DNA of 64,000 nucleotides, from IMG/VR virus record IMGVR_UViG_3300034062_004993; one strand, given 5' to 3'. The position numbers were made by a program, and so were the translations under genes. Shown piece by piece: positions 19,914-29,942 of the stretch. The stretch is from an uncultured virus (IMG/VR IMGVR_UViG_3300034062_004993) (taxonomy: Duplodnaviria > Heunggongvirae > Uroviricota > Caudoviricetes). Every line of letters begins with the position of its first letter. Position 1 is the first letter of the stretch. The notes below the pieces were generated by a model that saw only the letters and a program-made list of their open reading frames with translations, made no database searches and was not told the DNA's origin.

Positions 19914-21398
19914 TTATTTCAACTTTTTAATTTCTTCTTTTAGTTCTTTTATTTCATCTAAAAGATGTTTAATTACTGCTGCATGATATGGTATCATACT
20001 TACATAACTAACACCAAATTCATAACCTTCTTTTGATATGTTACCCTCTTCGTCTGTATGTTCTTTAATTAATGGGTTTTCTGCTATTGTAATTAAATGG
20101 TCAAATCCATTTTTCATAACATCTTGCGCAATAACCCCTACATCGTATTTACCAGTTATTGTATCTAAATTATCACTACTTTCAGGTCTTTTCCAATTAA
20201 ATGAAACAGGTTTTACATTTTCTATCAACCTTAATGCGGTTTCAATATCTATACCTTTAATATTTTCTTTTAACCTAACATCCGATGTTGAGGATATTCC
20301 AGATGAACCAAGAGACCTAATTTCTTGCGCAGTAACAGCACCATCGGTAAATATACCCGTATTTATTACATTATATGGGTTAGATATTTGTTCAGGACTA
20401 ATCATTACCCCCGACATAGAATTATCAGGATGTCTAATTGATGTGTAATAAGATGTATTTCCCGTTTTGGGTGGTGGGTGTCTCAATGTACCATAATTAG
20501 TAGTACCTGGAGTTGGATTATATACTTTTACAGCAATTGGTGGGGATGCGCCTCTAGATGATAGATTAAATAAATCTTGAAACCCAATATACACAATTCC
20601 AGCTTTATTTTGGTCTCTTAACGCATCAGTATTATTTCTAAGATTTGCAGCGGTTTCGGTTGTTCTAGTAATTCTAACAGGCCCATAGAAATCGGAAATA
20701 TTATTATTTGTTGGTTTTATTTCTACCAAATTTCTTAATGTGTTTGGAGTTCCATGTGGACCGAAAAAACCATTTCCAATTATTGTCGCAAACGCCAACG
20801 ATGAACCAGTATTAAGAGTTCCCTTTACATGCTGACCATGACCCTCCGCAATTGTATAAGTTCCTTCTGCATGGGAATAATCACCATTTGCTTTTGTAGA
20901 AAATCCTTCAGCATGGGAATAATCACCATTTGCTAGTGTACTCAATCCTTCAGCATGGGAATAATCACCATTTGCTGTTGTAGAAATTCCTTCTGCATGG
21001 GAAGCCGTACCATTTGCATTAGTATATTGACCTTCTGCATGGGAATAATCACCATTCGCCGCATTTTGAAAACCATTAGAAAGAGTGCCTAAAATTTGCA
21101 ATGTTGCTGTTGGTAGTACTGCACCCGTTCCTATTCCGATTCTACTTCCACTTTCATAAATTGAAGAGGTTGTAATAGTAGTGTTTCCACTCCAACGGGT
21201 TATATAATTTTGAGTTCCACTTCCACCAATAACACTACCACCGCTTACTAGCGATGATGCTGAAAAGTAGGTGAATATGCCTGATTGTGAATTATAACCA
21301 ACAATATTTGCTTGTGCGGTATTTGGTAAACCACTTGCGGTTATGTTTAATACGTGTATTGCACTACCTGATTGTAGTATCTTTTTCCATGATGGCAT
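19914..21398 (-). CDS. Fibre protein with ANGDYSHAEG repeats and C-terminal intramolecular chaperone (peptidase S74-like)
   Basis: Five 14-aa SHAEG repeats; TSDVRLKENI...VKPVSFNWK...GVIAQDV plus terminal coiled coil. Confidence 0.85.
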   Translation of the reverse strand: MPSWKKILQSGSAIHVLNITASGLPNTAQANIVGYNSQSGIFTYFSASSLVSGGSVIGGSGTQNYITRWSGNTTITTSSIYESGSRIGIGTGAVLPTATLQILGTLSNGFQNAANGDYSHAEGQYTNANGTASHAEGISTTANGDYSHAEGLSTLANGDYSHAEGFSTKANGDYSHAEGTYTIAEGHGQHVKGTLNTGSSLAFATIIGNGFFGPHGTPNTLRNLVEIKPTNNNISDFYGPVRITRTTETAANLRNNTDALRDQNKAGIVYIGFQDLFNLSSRGASPPIAVKVYNPTPGTTNYGTLRHPPPKTGNTSYYTSIRHPDNSMSGVMISPEQISNPYNVINTGIFTDGAVTAQEIRSLGSSGISSTSDVRLKENIKGIDIETALRLIENVKPVSFNWKRPESSDNLDTITGKYDVGVIAQDVMKNGFDHLITIAENPLIKEHTDEEGNISKEGYEFGVSYVSMIPYHAAVIKHLLDEIKELKEEIKKLK

Positions 21399-21403
21399 AC
21401 TTC

Positions 21404-21487
21404 ACTCACTAATTTATAACACATTATGGTTGGATACACATACTAAGTGAGTAGTATATGGGCCCACTTCCTTATTCAGGCCAATAA
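21404..21487 (-). ncRNA. Candidate cis-regulatory structured RNA in a 5' leader
   Basis: GC-richer island in an AT-rich intergenic gap with nested stems (21437-21444/21453-21460; 21470-21472/21478-21480; 21424-21433/21481-21487). The loop is complementary to 21404-21410. Confidence 0.45.
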
Positions 21488-21551
21488 TATGTTTTGGTTA
21501 TACTCTATTATATAAGTATGGAAAAATATTTTATTATTGTTTATTTCCCCA

Positions 21552-23354
21552 CTATGAGTATATCCAAATATCGCCATTATTTTGGATATGCATATTACCA
21601 AATCCAAAAGAAGCGCTACCAAAAGTTGGTGCATTTGAATCGGATGGGGCGGCTGATGATGCGGAAACCGTTACCATAAAATCGGTTGGAGTTACATTCA
21701 TTGAACCTGTTGGTACACCCAATGCTACACCCCATCTATTTGCTAAACCATTTGCTGCACCACTACCGCTATTGAATACGAAAGCAGAACCACTACCATT
21801 TGCTCCTTCAATAATTATACCACCTTCGGATGAGGGTGTTAAAGAACCTGAACTTCTTCCTAAAACGATAAACTTATCTTCTATTGATATGTTTGATGTG
21901 TTTATTACCGTTGTATCACCGTTTACAGTTAAATCACCAGTAACAGTTAAATTATTTCGAACAGTAGTTGTACCGGTTGTAGCACCTATGGCGACTGTAG
22001 TCGCTACCCCACCAATGTTTAGGGTAGTAGCGTTTGTATTAAATATAGTAGTAGTTCCAGTTGATGTTGTTGTTATATCACCACCATTTACTGCTAAATC
22101 CCCACCAATGGAAATATTACCACTTGCGGTTATATGTGTAAATGAGGGGGAATCTGCAAAGTCAAATGTTAATGTATCGGGTGTAGTAGCAGCACTAATC
22201 GTTATGTTTACATCGGATGATGAAATGATTAAAGTATCTGCCGAAGAATCTGCTTGCGCTGTACCAGTCGAACCACCCAAGCCACCAACATTAATAGTTG
22301 CAAACGAATTAATACCCGTTATACTACCCGATGGTAATGTTGCTACTTTAACGAGCTCACCACCAGAACCAACTAAAGCTATATTATAGCCTGCATTGTC
22401 CGTCACCAATGGCAATCCCGATGCGGTTAGGGTTGATGTGGCTAAATTGGTAAATGTTGGAGAGTCTTTAAATGAAAAGGTTATAGTATCAATACCAGCT
22501 GAACCTGATATTAACAAGTTATTGTTTGTGTTGGAAATCCCAGCAAATGAGCCTGATGCAATACTCAAATTACCTGTTGCAGTATCTGCTATAACGGCTA
22601 CACCACCAACGCTCATTGTTGCATAAGCATTTGTTCCCGCCACACTTTGTATAGAAGCGCTTAAAGCCGCAATTGTTGCTGCAGCATAATCACCAATGTA
22701 TAAGTATGCATCAACATGGGTTGGTATTGTTGAAGCGCCTGCTGCAAATTGTGTTGGGTCTTGTATCCACAAAATACCCGCAGAACAATCAACTACCCAG
22801 TCGGATTGGTCTGTGGGTTCTATTAAAATACTTCCTGAATATAATCTAGGTGTATAATTCTCGCCAAAAGCAGGTGGAACAATTTGTAATCCAAATCCAC
22901 TACCAGTTAAATGATAATTATTTACATATGGAGCAGTTCCTTTTTTGGGGTTGGATGAATTACTAACACTTTCATAACTACCTGTTAATCTAAGTGCATA
23001 AGTGTGATTTGTAGATGATATATTAATTTCACCTTGTTGTTCAATTGTTGTTCCTACTAAATCAGCTGGTGCTGTATATGGATAGTTACCACTACCAACT
23101 GCAGTCAACTGAAATCTTACATATTCTAATACAGGCTTACCACCCAATGATTGGGAATAAAGTGTATAAATGGTTGGAGCGGTTGTTGGTATTTGTGAAT
23201 TTATTGGTAATTGATCAGCAAATATACTCTGTCCCCCCAATTGAACAGTTGATGAAATGATTTCATTTGGGGTTGGATTTAGTGGGGTGGTATGTGCTTT
23301 ACCATCCAATCGTTTACTAACAATATCTAATTTATTAAGCTGAGTTACTGCCAT
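21552..23354 (-). CDS. Fibre-like virion protein, partial paralog of 25718..27739
   Basis: ITASGNIS, LTVTGDLTVNGDTT and IEDKFI motifs; C-terminal FGNMHIQNNGDIWIYS. Confidence 0.75.
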   Translation of the reverse strand: MAVTQLNKLDIVSKRLDGKAHTTPLNPTPNEIISSTVQLGGQSIFADQLPINSQIPTTAPTIYTLYSQSLGGKPVLEYVRFQLTAVGSGNYPYTAPADLVGTTIEQQGEINISSTNHTYALRLTGSYESVSNSSNPKKGTAPYVNNYHLTGSGFGLQIVPPAFGENYTPRLYSGSILIEPTDQSDWVVDCSAGILWIQDPTQFAAGASTIPTHVDAYLYIGDYAAATIAALSASIQSVAGTNAYATMSVGGVAVIADTATGNLSIASGSFAGISNTNNNLLISGSAGIDTITFSFKDSPTFTNLATSTLTASGLPLVTDNAGYNIALVGSGGELVKVATLPSGSITGINSFATINVGGLGGSTGTAQADSSADTLIISSSDVNITISAATTPDTLTFDFADSPSFTHITASGNISIGGDLAVNGGDITTTSTGTTTIFNTNATTLNIGGVATTVAIGATTGTTTVRNNLTVTGDLTVNGDTTVINTSNISIEDKFIVLGRSSGSLTPSSEGGIIIEGANGSGSAFVFNSGSGAANGLANRWGVALGVPTGSMNVTPTDFMVTVSASSAAPSDSNAPTFGSASFGFGNMHIQNNGDIWIYS

Positions 23355-23409
23355 TTTAATTCCTGTATTTTATTTATTTGACATATTTTATAGTACCACA
23401 TTAATTTTT

Positions 23410-25419
23410 TTATGCTACTGTTATTTGTGTTATTCTCCCCGTCCAACCAGTTGTTGCGGTAATTCTAACTAACCAATTGGTATCCGAAGATGGTAGGCCA
23501 GGCCAGCTTTGATTTCTCATATTAATTGTTTTTGCTGTACCACTATTAATAGCAGCACCATCACCACAACCAACATTGTCATCAAATTGTGTATAAGATG
23601 TAGGAGCAGCCACTAACAAATCACGATATCCAGTACTCTCTGGTATTTTAATATGTATGTAGGCGTTTTGGCTTGCTAATGCGGTAGTATTAGCTACAAA
23701 TCCTGAAGTCATACCAGTCCATGAAATTGTTATATTTTTTTGAGAATTACTACCATCAGATGCATTATGCAAAAACCTTCTATACAAATATTTAGTTCCG
23801 CTCAATGCACTATAGTCTGGAACAGTACCTGCTTTATATACCGCGCCACTCATATTACCAACAACCGATGGATAAACTAACGCATTGTCAAAAAATGCCA
23901 ATTCGCTTGTGAGTGTACCCAATGATGTGGTTGCATTATACACAGCAGTAGTTAAAGATGCTTGGGTATCATAGGAAGCGGATGGGACTCTGTGGCTTTC
24001 AGTTGTGAAATACTCAATTTTAGTAGTTGGTATCGATGTATTTGTATGTATGATAATTGTTGGTGTACTTATTGTTTGTGGTCCAGTTGTTTTTCCTTGA
24101 ACACCAAGTGCTGTATAAGTTACTGATATTGGGTTGTTTAATGCCCTCGCATTCGTCCCAAATGTAAATGAAGAAGTTGCTTGTAAATTTGAATTGAAAT
24201 TAGTAGGTGCGGGTGGTGTATATGATGTAACAGAACCCGATGTTCCTGTGGATGAAAATGTTATAGCGGTTGAATTATAACTACAACTATAAAAACCAGG
24301 AACACTACCACTTGCAATAAAAGTAAGAGCAGTACGATACGGAATCCCCGAAATCCATTTAAGACCTGTTGGATTAAATGAATGTGTTGAATTTGTTGGT
24401 GCTGAAAATGATGTACCTGCTTGTGCTGGATCAAAAACCCAATCTGCGTAATTTGTCATTTTCATAGAAGATGATTGTATTACTTTTACATAATTCCATC
24501 CTCTTTGAAAAAATGATGATGTTATTGTTAAAGTACCGGTTCTATGCCTTCTATACACAAATGATAATCCCGTATCTTTAAATGATCCGGTTTGTGCAGC
24601 AGATAAACTAAAATTATTAGCATCTGAAAAAGCGGATGTTCCTGTTGTAGTTACTTTAAATTGCTGATTGTTTATTTCAACAATATAACTCTCACCACCA
24701 TCCGCAGGAACACTAAAAGCATCCGCTGGATAGTTTGTAAACGAAGCCGAATCAGGAGTAGTACTTTCGTTTATATCAAATGTTAGGGAACGTGATGCTG
24801 TAAAAATACCGAGTCTATAATAAGTACTGCTTGGCGATGTTGTATTTGTAACAGCTATAAAAGATTCCCCATTGTTTACCGCAGTACTCATCGGAGCTAC
24901 ACTGCCAGTTCCACTTGAGCTGATGTACCCTGTCGCAACAACACCACTACCAAACGATAATCTTGTGTTTGAAGTTGTATTAGCGCTTGTTGCTAATCCT
25001 TCAAGATTTCTAACATCAGGTGCTGAAGATGGGGCTAATCCATTTAACACCTCATTAAACCTATCAATCGCAGTACCAATTGGTGTTGTTTGTGCGGAAA
25101 AATCAGTAAAAAGACCATCGCTATAATCACTATCTTCAGCAGAACCAATTGTTATATTTCCACCAACTACAGTATGATTTGAGGCGGTTGTGAGTGTGGT
25201 AATACCATTCCACACAGCTAGTTTGTTTGCTTCACCACCAGTACCAGCATATGTTACTGCATTTGCGGTTGCAATTGATGATGTATCGAATTTAGTAATA
25301 TTACCCGAGCCATCTATACCAAGTACTTGAGCTTGACCGGCCGTTGGTAAATTACTCGCGGTTATGTTAGTAAAACTTCCGTCGCTACCTGATATTAATA
25401 TTCGTTTCCATTCTGCCAT
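23410..25419 (-). CDS. S/T-rich virion protein with WKR leader
   Basis: 669 aa; MAEWKRILISGS start; YSDGLFTDF...GTAIDRFNEVL motif. Confidence 0.7.
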   Translation of the reverse strand: MAEWKRILISGSDGSFTNITASNLPTAGQAQVLGIDGSGNITKFDTSSIATANAVTYAGTGGEANKLAVWNGITTLTTASNHTVVGGNITIGSAEDSDYSDGLFTDFSAQTTPIGTAIDRFNEVLNGLAPSSAPDVRNLEGLATSANTTSNTRLSFGSGVVATGYISSSGTGSVAPMSTAVNNGESFIAVTNTTSPSSTYYRLGIFTASRSLTFDINESTTPDSASFTNYPADAFSVPADGGESYIVEINNQQFKVTTTGTSAFSDANNFSLSAAQTGSFKDTGLSFVYRRHRTGTLTITSSFFQRGWNYVKVIQSSSMKMTNYADWVFDPAQAGTSFSAPTNSTHSFNPTGLKWISGIPYRTALTFIASGSVPGFYSCSYNSTAITFSSTGTSGSVTSYTPPAPTNFNSNLQATSSFTFGTNARALNNPISVTYTALGVQGKTTGPQTISTPTIIIHTNTSIPTTKIEYFTTESHRVPSASYDTQASLTTAVYNATTSLGTLTSELAFFDNALVYPSVVGNMSGAVYKAGTVPDYSALSGTKYLYRRFLHNASDGSNSQKNITISWTGMTSGFVANTTALASQNAYIHIKIPESTGYRDLLVAAPTSYTQFDDNVGCGDGAAINSGTAKTINMRNQSWPGLPSSDTNWLVRITATTGWTGRITQITVA

Positions 25420-25453
25420 ATGTTCTCACAATTTATATGTTATAATTATATTT

Positions 25454-25699
25454 TTATTTATCTTTTTTTGTTTTTTTTCCGCTCAATACAATAAATTGAG
25501 ATTGTAATTTTATAATTGTATTATAGACCAATTCAACATCAGAAACTTTAAATGTTGAATCCTTTATTGCGCTTAACAAAAAGGTAATCTCTTCCAACCC
25601 CAAATCATTTTCATTTGATGTTTGTTGTTTTGTTTCCACTACAACTTCTTCTTGTTGTGGTTGAACACTCTTTGTTCTTAATTTATCTAAAATTGACAT
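25454..25699 (-). CDS. Small hypothetical protein, possible fibre chaperone
   Basis: 81 aa helical ORF; AGGAG SD. Confidence 0.65.
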   Translation of the reverse strand: MSILDKLRTKSVQPQQEEVVVETKQQTSNENDLGLEEITFLLSAIKDSTFKVSDVELVYNTIIKLQSQFIVLSGKKTKKDK

Positions 25700-25717
25700 T
25701 TTGTAACTCCTTTATTT

Positions 25718-27739
25718 TTAAATATACATCCAAATTGTATTATTAGATGTGTTGATATGAACATTTCCAAATCCAGCAGAAGCGCTTCCATATGTTGGTG
25801 CTCCAGCGGCCGTATTTAATGGGTTTGCAGTAGATGCGCTTACACTCACCAAATAATCCGTAGGTGTTACTGTAGTAGCGTTATGGACAACATTGTTGTT
25901 TAATCCCCAACGAGCGCTTCCATCTGCGGGTACATTTGTACCATTATAAAAAAGAGCTGAACCCGTTGATATACCACTACTACCAGATGTAGTTTGAACT
26001 ATAATACCACCATCAGTTGTAGTACCGGAGCCGGATGCTAATAATATAAACTTATCTTCTATTGATATATTTGTTGTGTTTATTATTGTTGTATCACCGT
26101 TTACAGTTAAATCACCAGTAACAGTTAAATTCCCACCAACAGTAGCATTAGTTGCAACAGCCAATGTTGTACCAATAGTGGCTGCACCACTTGTTGTAAG
26201 CGTTTGGCCTATTAATCCTGCGGATGAACTAATATTGCCTGATGCGGTTATTTGTGTTGTAGTTAAATTACCGCCAATAGTTCCATTTCCGCTTGTGTTT
26301 AGTGTCGCACCTATTAATCCTGCGGATGAACTTATGTTACCACTAGCGGTTATGTTTGTAGTTGTTATAGCACCATTAGCAGTTAATCTGCCTGTTATAG
26401 TGCTTGTTCCACCAATAGTTTCGTTGCCTGTAATACTTAAATTACCACTTCCGCTTATGTTACCACTTGCGGTTATGTTTGTAAAACGCGGGGAATCGTT
26501 AAATGAGAAAGTTATAACATCATCTTGGCTGGCGGATATTAACAAGTTATTGTTTGTGTTGGCACTTCCCGCAAATGAGCCTGAATTGATAGTTAAAATA
26601 TCTGCTGAACTATCGGCTGTTACTGTAACCCCACCAATTGTTATATTTGAAAATGAATTGATACCTGCTACATTACCCGATGGTAATGTTGCTACTTTAA
26701 CAAATTCACCACTAGAACTAACTAAAAGGATATGCAATCCTGATAAACTTGCGCTTGTTATTTCTGGTGTTGCTGATGCGGTTATGGTTGTGGTTGTTAA
26801 TGCACCATTAGCGCTTAGTCTACCACCAATAGTTGCAGTTCCGCTTGTTGTGAGTGTAGCGCCTATTAAACCTGCAGATGAACTTATGTTACCCGATGAA
26901 GTTATTTGATTTACTACTATTGATTTAATTTCTTTACTTGATGAACCAATAACAATAGCATTATCTGCAAATGGAATTAAATCGGAATTTAATAACCCAT
27001 CACCCAATGCAAAAAGACCATATACATTTACAGAATCATTAGAATCCCCTCCAAGATTTACACTACCATTAAAATTGGTTTGTGTTGTACTACCACCAAT
27101 ATTTACAGTAGTAGCCCCACCTCCTAAATCAAGTTGAGTTAGATTTCCATCAAATATGCGAGCATTTCCAGTAAATGTAGTTGTTATATCACCACCATTT
27201 ACTGCTAAATCCCCACCAACAGTAGCTCCACCACTTGTTGTAAGCGTTTGGCCTGTTAATCCTGCGGATGAACTAATATTGCCTGATGCGGTTATGTTTG
27301 TAGTTGTTATAGCACCATTAGCAGTTAATCTGCCTGTTAAGGTTGATGTTCCCGTAATACTTAAATTACCACTTCCGCTTATGTTACCACTTGCGGTTAT
27401 GTTTGTAAATGAGGGGGAATCTGCAAAGTCAAATGTTAATGTATCAGTTCCAGAATTAGTAGTAATCGTTAGGTTTGCATCGGATGATGAAATGATTAAG
27501 TTATCTGATGCACCATCTGCAAACACTGTTCCAGTTGAACCACCCAAGCCACCAACACTCATTGTAACGAATGAAAGAACGGATTGCCCTGTTAATGTTG
27601 CTTGTGAAACCTGTCTAACTTCACCTGCAGTACTTATTAATAACACATTTTCAGTTGTACCTGTTGGAACCTGGCTTGCGGTTACGCTTGTTAGATGGGC
27701 ATTACTACCTGATACTATTACTTTTTTCCATGATGCCAT
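25718..27739 (-). CDS. Fibre-like virion protein with ITASGNISSS repeats
   Basis: MASWKKVIVSGS start; multiple ITASGNIS repeats; C-terminal FGNVHINTSNNTIWMYI. Confidence 0.8.
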   Translation of the reverse strand: MASWKKVIVSGSNAHLTSVTASQVPTGTTENVLLISTAGEVRQVSQATLTGQSVLSFVTMSVGGLGGSTGTVFADGASDNLIISSSDANLTITTNSGTDTLTFDFADSPSFTNITASGNISGSGNLSITGTSTLTGRLTANGAITTTNITASGNISSSAGLTGQTLTTSGGATVGGDLAVNGGDITTTFTGNARIFDGNLTQLDLGGGATTVNIGGSTTQTNFNGSVNLGGDSNDSVNVYGLFALGDGLLNSDLIPFADNAIVIGSSSKEIKSIVVNQITSSGNISSSAGLIGATLTTSGTATIGGRLSANGALTTTTITASATPEITSASLSGLHILLVSSSGEFVKVATLPSGNVAGINSFSNITIGGVTVTADSSADILTINSGSFAGSANTNNNLLISASQDDVITFSFNDSPRFTNITASGNISGSGNLSITGNETIGGTSTITGRLTANGAITTTNITASGNISSSAGLIGATLNTSGNGTIGGNLTTTQITASGNISSSAGLIGQTLTTSGAATIGTTLAVATNATVGGNLTVTGDLTVNGDTTIINTTNISIEDKFILLASGSGTTTDGGIIVQTTSGSSGISTGSALFYNGTNVPADGSARWGLNNNVVHNATTVTPTDYLVSVSASTANPLNTAAGAPTYGSASAGFGNVHINTSNNTIWMYI

Positions 27740-27819
27740 AATTAGTTTTCCATTTTTACTTTATTAACCCTTAAATATAAATAGTTTATATTTTTTTATT
27801 CTATATTAATTTATTATTT

Positions 27820-28461
27820 TTATTCAACTCCCAAATAAAAATTTCCATCAGAACCATAATACATCCCACCAGTCACAGCCGTTGGTGGTGTATCAAATTT
27901 ACCCAATACCATTACACCCTCTGAATTTATTTGTGCTGCAACAAAACTGCCGGATTTAATAATAAAAAAATCAGGGGCTTCAGACGATATTTTGGTTTGA
28001 ACTTCGTTTGATTGATTATATATTGTTACACTTGATGTAGTTAATCTGACATTTCCTAATTGTATGTATTCATCTCCACCAAAAACTTCCGTAATAACCC
28101 CAGTATCATCAACAAAACTTAAACTTCTACTTACATACACATCACTCCAAGCAGCATCAGGACTACCAACGGAAAAATCGGATGTTTTACCTGATTGAAC
28201 ATAGGGGATAAGTGAACCTGAATAATTTACTGAGCCTGAAAATGAACTTCTACCAATAATTAGGAGATTTCCCAATAGATTTACATTACCATTTGTAGTG
28301 GTATTTGTAGTTACTACTTCTTCAACAGTTTCACCTAAACTACTTGATTTTTTTAAAAATAATTTACCATCAGCAGTATTGACTGCTAACTCACCTAACG
28401 CAATGGAGGCTGTTGTCGGTATGTTCCCCGATACTAAATTTCTTTTTAGTATGATTGCCAT
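27820..28461 (-). CDS. Fibre-attachment-type protein (Mtd-N / gp34-N-like start)
   Basis: IILKR...GELAVNTADGKLFL motif. Confidence 0.6.
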   Translation of the reverse strand: MAIILKRNLVSGNIPTTASIALGELAVNTADGKLFLKKSSSLGETVEEVVTTNTTTNGNVNLLGNLLIIGRSSFSGSVNYSGSLIPYVQSGKTSDFSVGSPDAAWSDVYVSRSLSFVDDTGVITEVFGGDEYIQLGNVRLTTSSVTIYNQSNEVQTKISSEAPDFFIIKSGSFVAAQINSEGVMVLGKFDTPPTAVTGGMYYGSDGNFYLGVE

Positions 28462-28868
28462 TAGAAAAATCCCCCGTCAACATTTTCGGTAAATAAAGAA
28501 TAACTTGCCGTACCAAATAAAGAACCAGTAAACGATGGTGCAATAATGTTATTAGTAACAACAAGTGAACCTGTTATAGTTGTGTTACCATCAACTTTAA
28601 ATTCAGCAAGAACATCTAAATGCCCTACGGCATCTACTGTTTGAAATCTATCACCACCATCAACATTTTCAAATATTTGTAAACCAGTATCACCCCTATC
28701 ACCTTTTGGTCCTTTGGATGTAACAGTTACTACATGAGTTTCTTTTTGTATTACATTTACGGATGTATCTTTAGTCTTATCAGTAACAATAACCCTGTTG
28801 TCAGATTTGTTTATTTCTACCGAATTTTGAGTTGATACAACTTTAACATTTAATCTATCATTACTCAC
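28461..28868 (-). CDS. Small virion protein with short collagen-like stretch
   Basis: GPKGDRGDTG; APSFTGSLFGTAS; terminal DGGFF. Confidence 0.6.
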   Translation of the reverse strand: MSNDRLNVKVVSTQNSVEINKSDNRVIVTDKTKDTSVNVIQKETHVVTVTSKGPKGDRGDTGLQIFENVDGGDRFQTVDAVGHLDVLAEFKVDGNTTITGSLVVTNNIIAPSFTGSLFGTASYSLFTENVDGGFF

Positions 28869-29254
28869 CTAGTTACCTCTTTCGAAAGCTTTACAAGTCC
28901 TTCCAATAATCTCGTAACTATACCACCATTACTCTGCAATTCTATATCATATACACCTTCGGCGAAGTTTAAATTTGATGATGATGCAGCAGAAATAAAC
29001 AAACCAATACTACCCGATGTTCTTGGTAGAACAACCGATGCTGATTCTGGGGTAAGGTTTAATCCTGTCCCATCATTAGAAAGTGTATTAGTAATACTTA
29101 AATATGTTGTGGATGAATCAACCGAAGGTCTTATTTGCATTCTTGCACTGTATCCAGTTAAGTCAACAGGCTCACCATTAGAATCTTTCCATTCTAATAA
29201 TAAATCCGTTGTCGAACCCTGTTCTATGGTCAATAAATATCTTCCAGCTGCCAT
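28865..29254 (-). CDS. Ig-like fibre adaptor (BppU-N / LtfC-like)
   Basis: IEQGST, PVDLTGYSARMQIR, GVYDIEL and RLLEG motifs; AGGAG SD. Confidence 0.65.
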   Translation of the reverse strand: MAAGRYLLTIEQGSTTDLLLEWKDSNGEPVDLTGYSARMQIRPSVDSSTTYLSITNTLSNDGTGLNLTPESASVVLPRTSGSIGLFISAASSSNLNFAEGVYDIELQSNGGIVTRLLEGLVKLSKEVTR

Positions 29255-29282
29255 TTTATACTCCTATTATTAATATAAATAT

Positions 29283-29942
29283 CTAATATTCATATAATAG
29301 TTTAAATATTTCATCTAAAGCGGGATGTCTATGATTATCTTTTAATGTTACGGTGTAAACAAACCCACTTGGTTTTAATTTTGCTACTTCATGAATAGCA
29401 GAATCGTTTGCTGACTTTAAATCTATTTGTTGTGGGTCTCCACACAATATCATTTTTGAATTCTTACCCAATCTACCCAACACCATCGCTAATTGAGATT
29501 TTGTAAGATTTTGAAATTCATCAATAATACAAACACATTCATCAAAAGTTCTTCCTCTAAAATGCGTAAGGGATACCAATTCTATTTTTTCATCCTGCTC
29601 CATTTTATCCAATACCGATGATTTATCATAAACTTTTCGCATATTAGAACGAATAGGAACTAACCACGGCTCTAATTTTTCTTCCAAAGAACCTGGTAAA
29701 AATCCATTATCTTCATTAGAAACGGTGGGACGCGTTACAACAATTTTGTTATATTCTCTCTTAAAAAAGGAATCTAATGCTATTTGACACGCAAGTAATG
29801 TTTTACCACTACCAGCTTTTCCTAAAATAAAATTGAAGGGATGATTTAAGATATTTTGTTTTGCTACTTTTTGTTCTTCGGAAAGTGTAATTGAAAACTT
29901 TATATCACCTTTTGGAACTCTTTTTTCGGTATTTTCTATCAT
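29283..29942 (-). CDS. phoH: PhoH-like ATPase
   Basis: Walker A GKAGSGKT, GFLPG, RGRTF, IIDEFQN, GDPQQID. Start moved to MIENTEK (29942) because the longer track ORF runs through a terminator and the TATTTAT motif. Confidence 0.95.
   Translation of the reverse strand: MIENTEKRVPKGDIKFSITLSEEQKVAKQNILNHPFNFILGKAGSGKTLLACQIALDSFFKREYNKIVVTRPTVSNEDNGFLPGSLEEKLEPWLVPIRSNMRKVYDKSSVLDKMEQDEKIELVSLTHFRGRTFDECVCIIDEFQNLTKSQLAMVLGRLGKNSKMILCGDPQQIDLKSANDSAIHEVAKLKPSGFVYTVTLKDNHRHPALDEIFKLLYEY

Noticed and set aside
21868..27560. Diversity-generating retroelement TR/VR pair or invertible shufflon
   Set aside because: Repeats are direct and coding in both copies, I saw no adenine-specific mismatch pattern, and no reverse transcriptase or invertase is in the window
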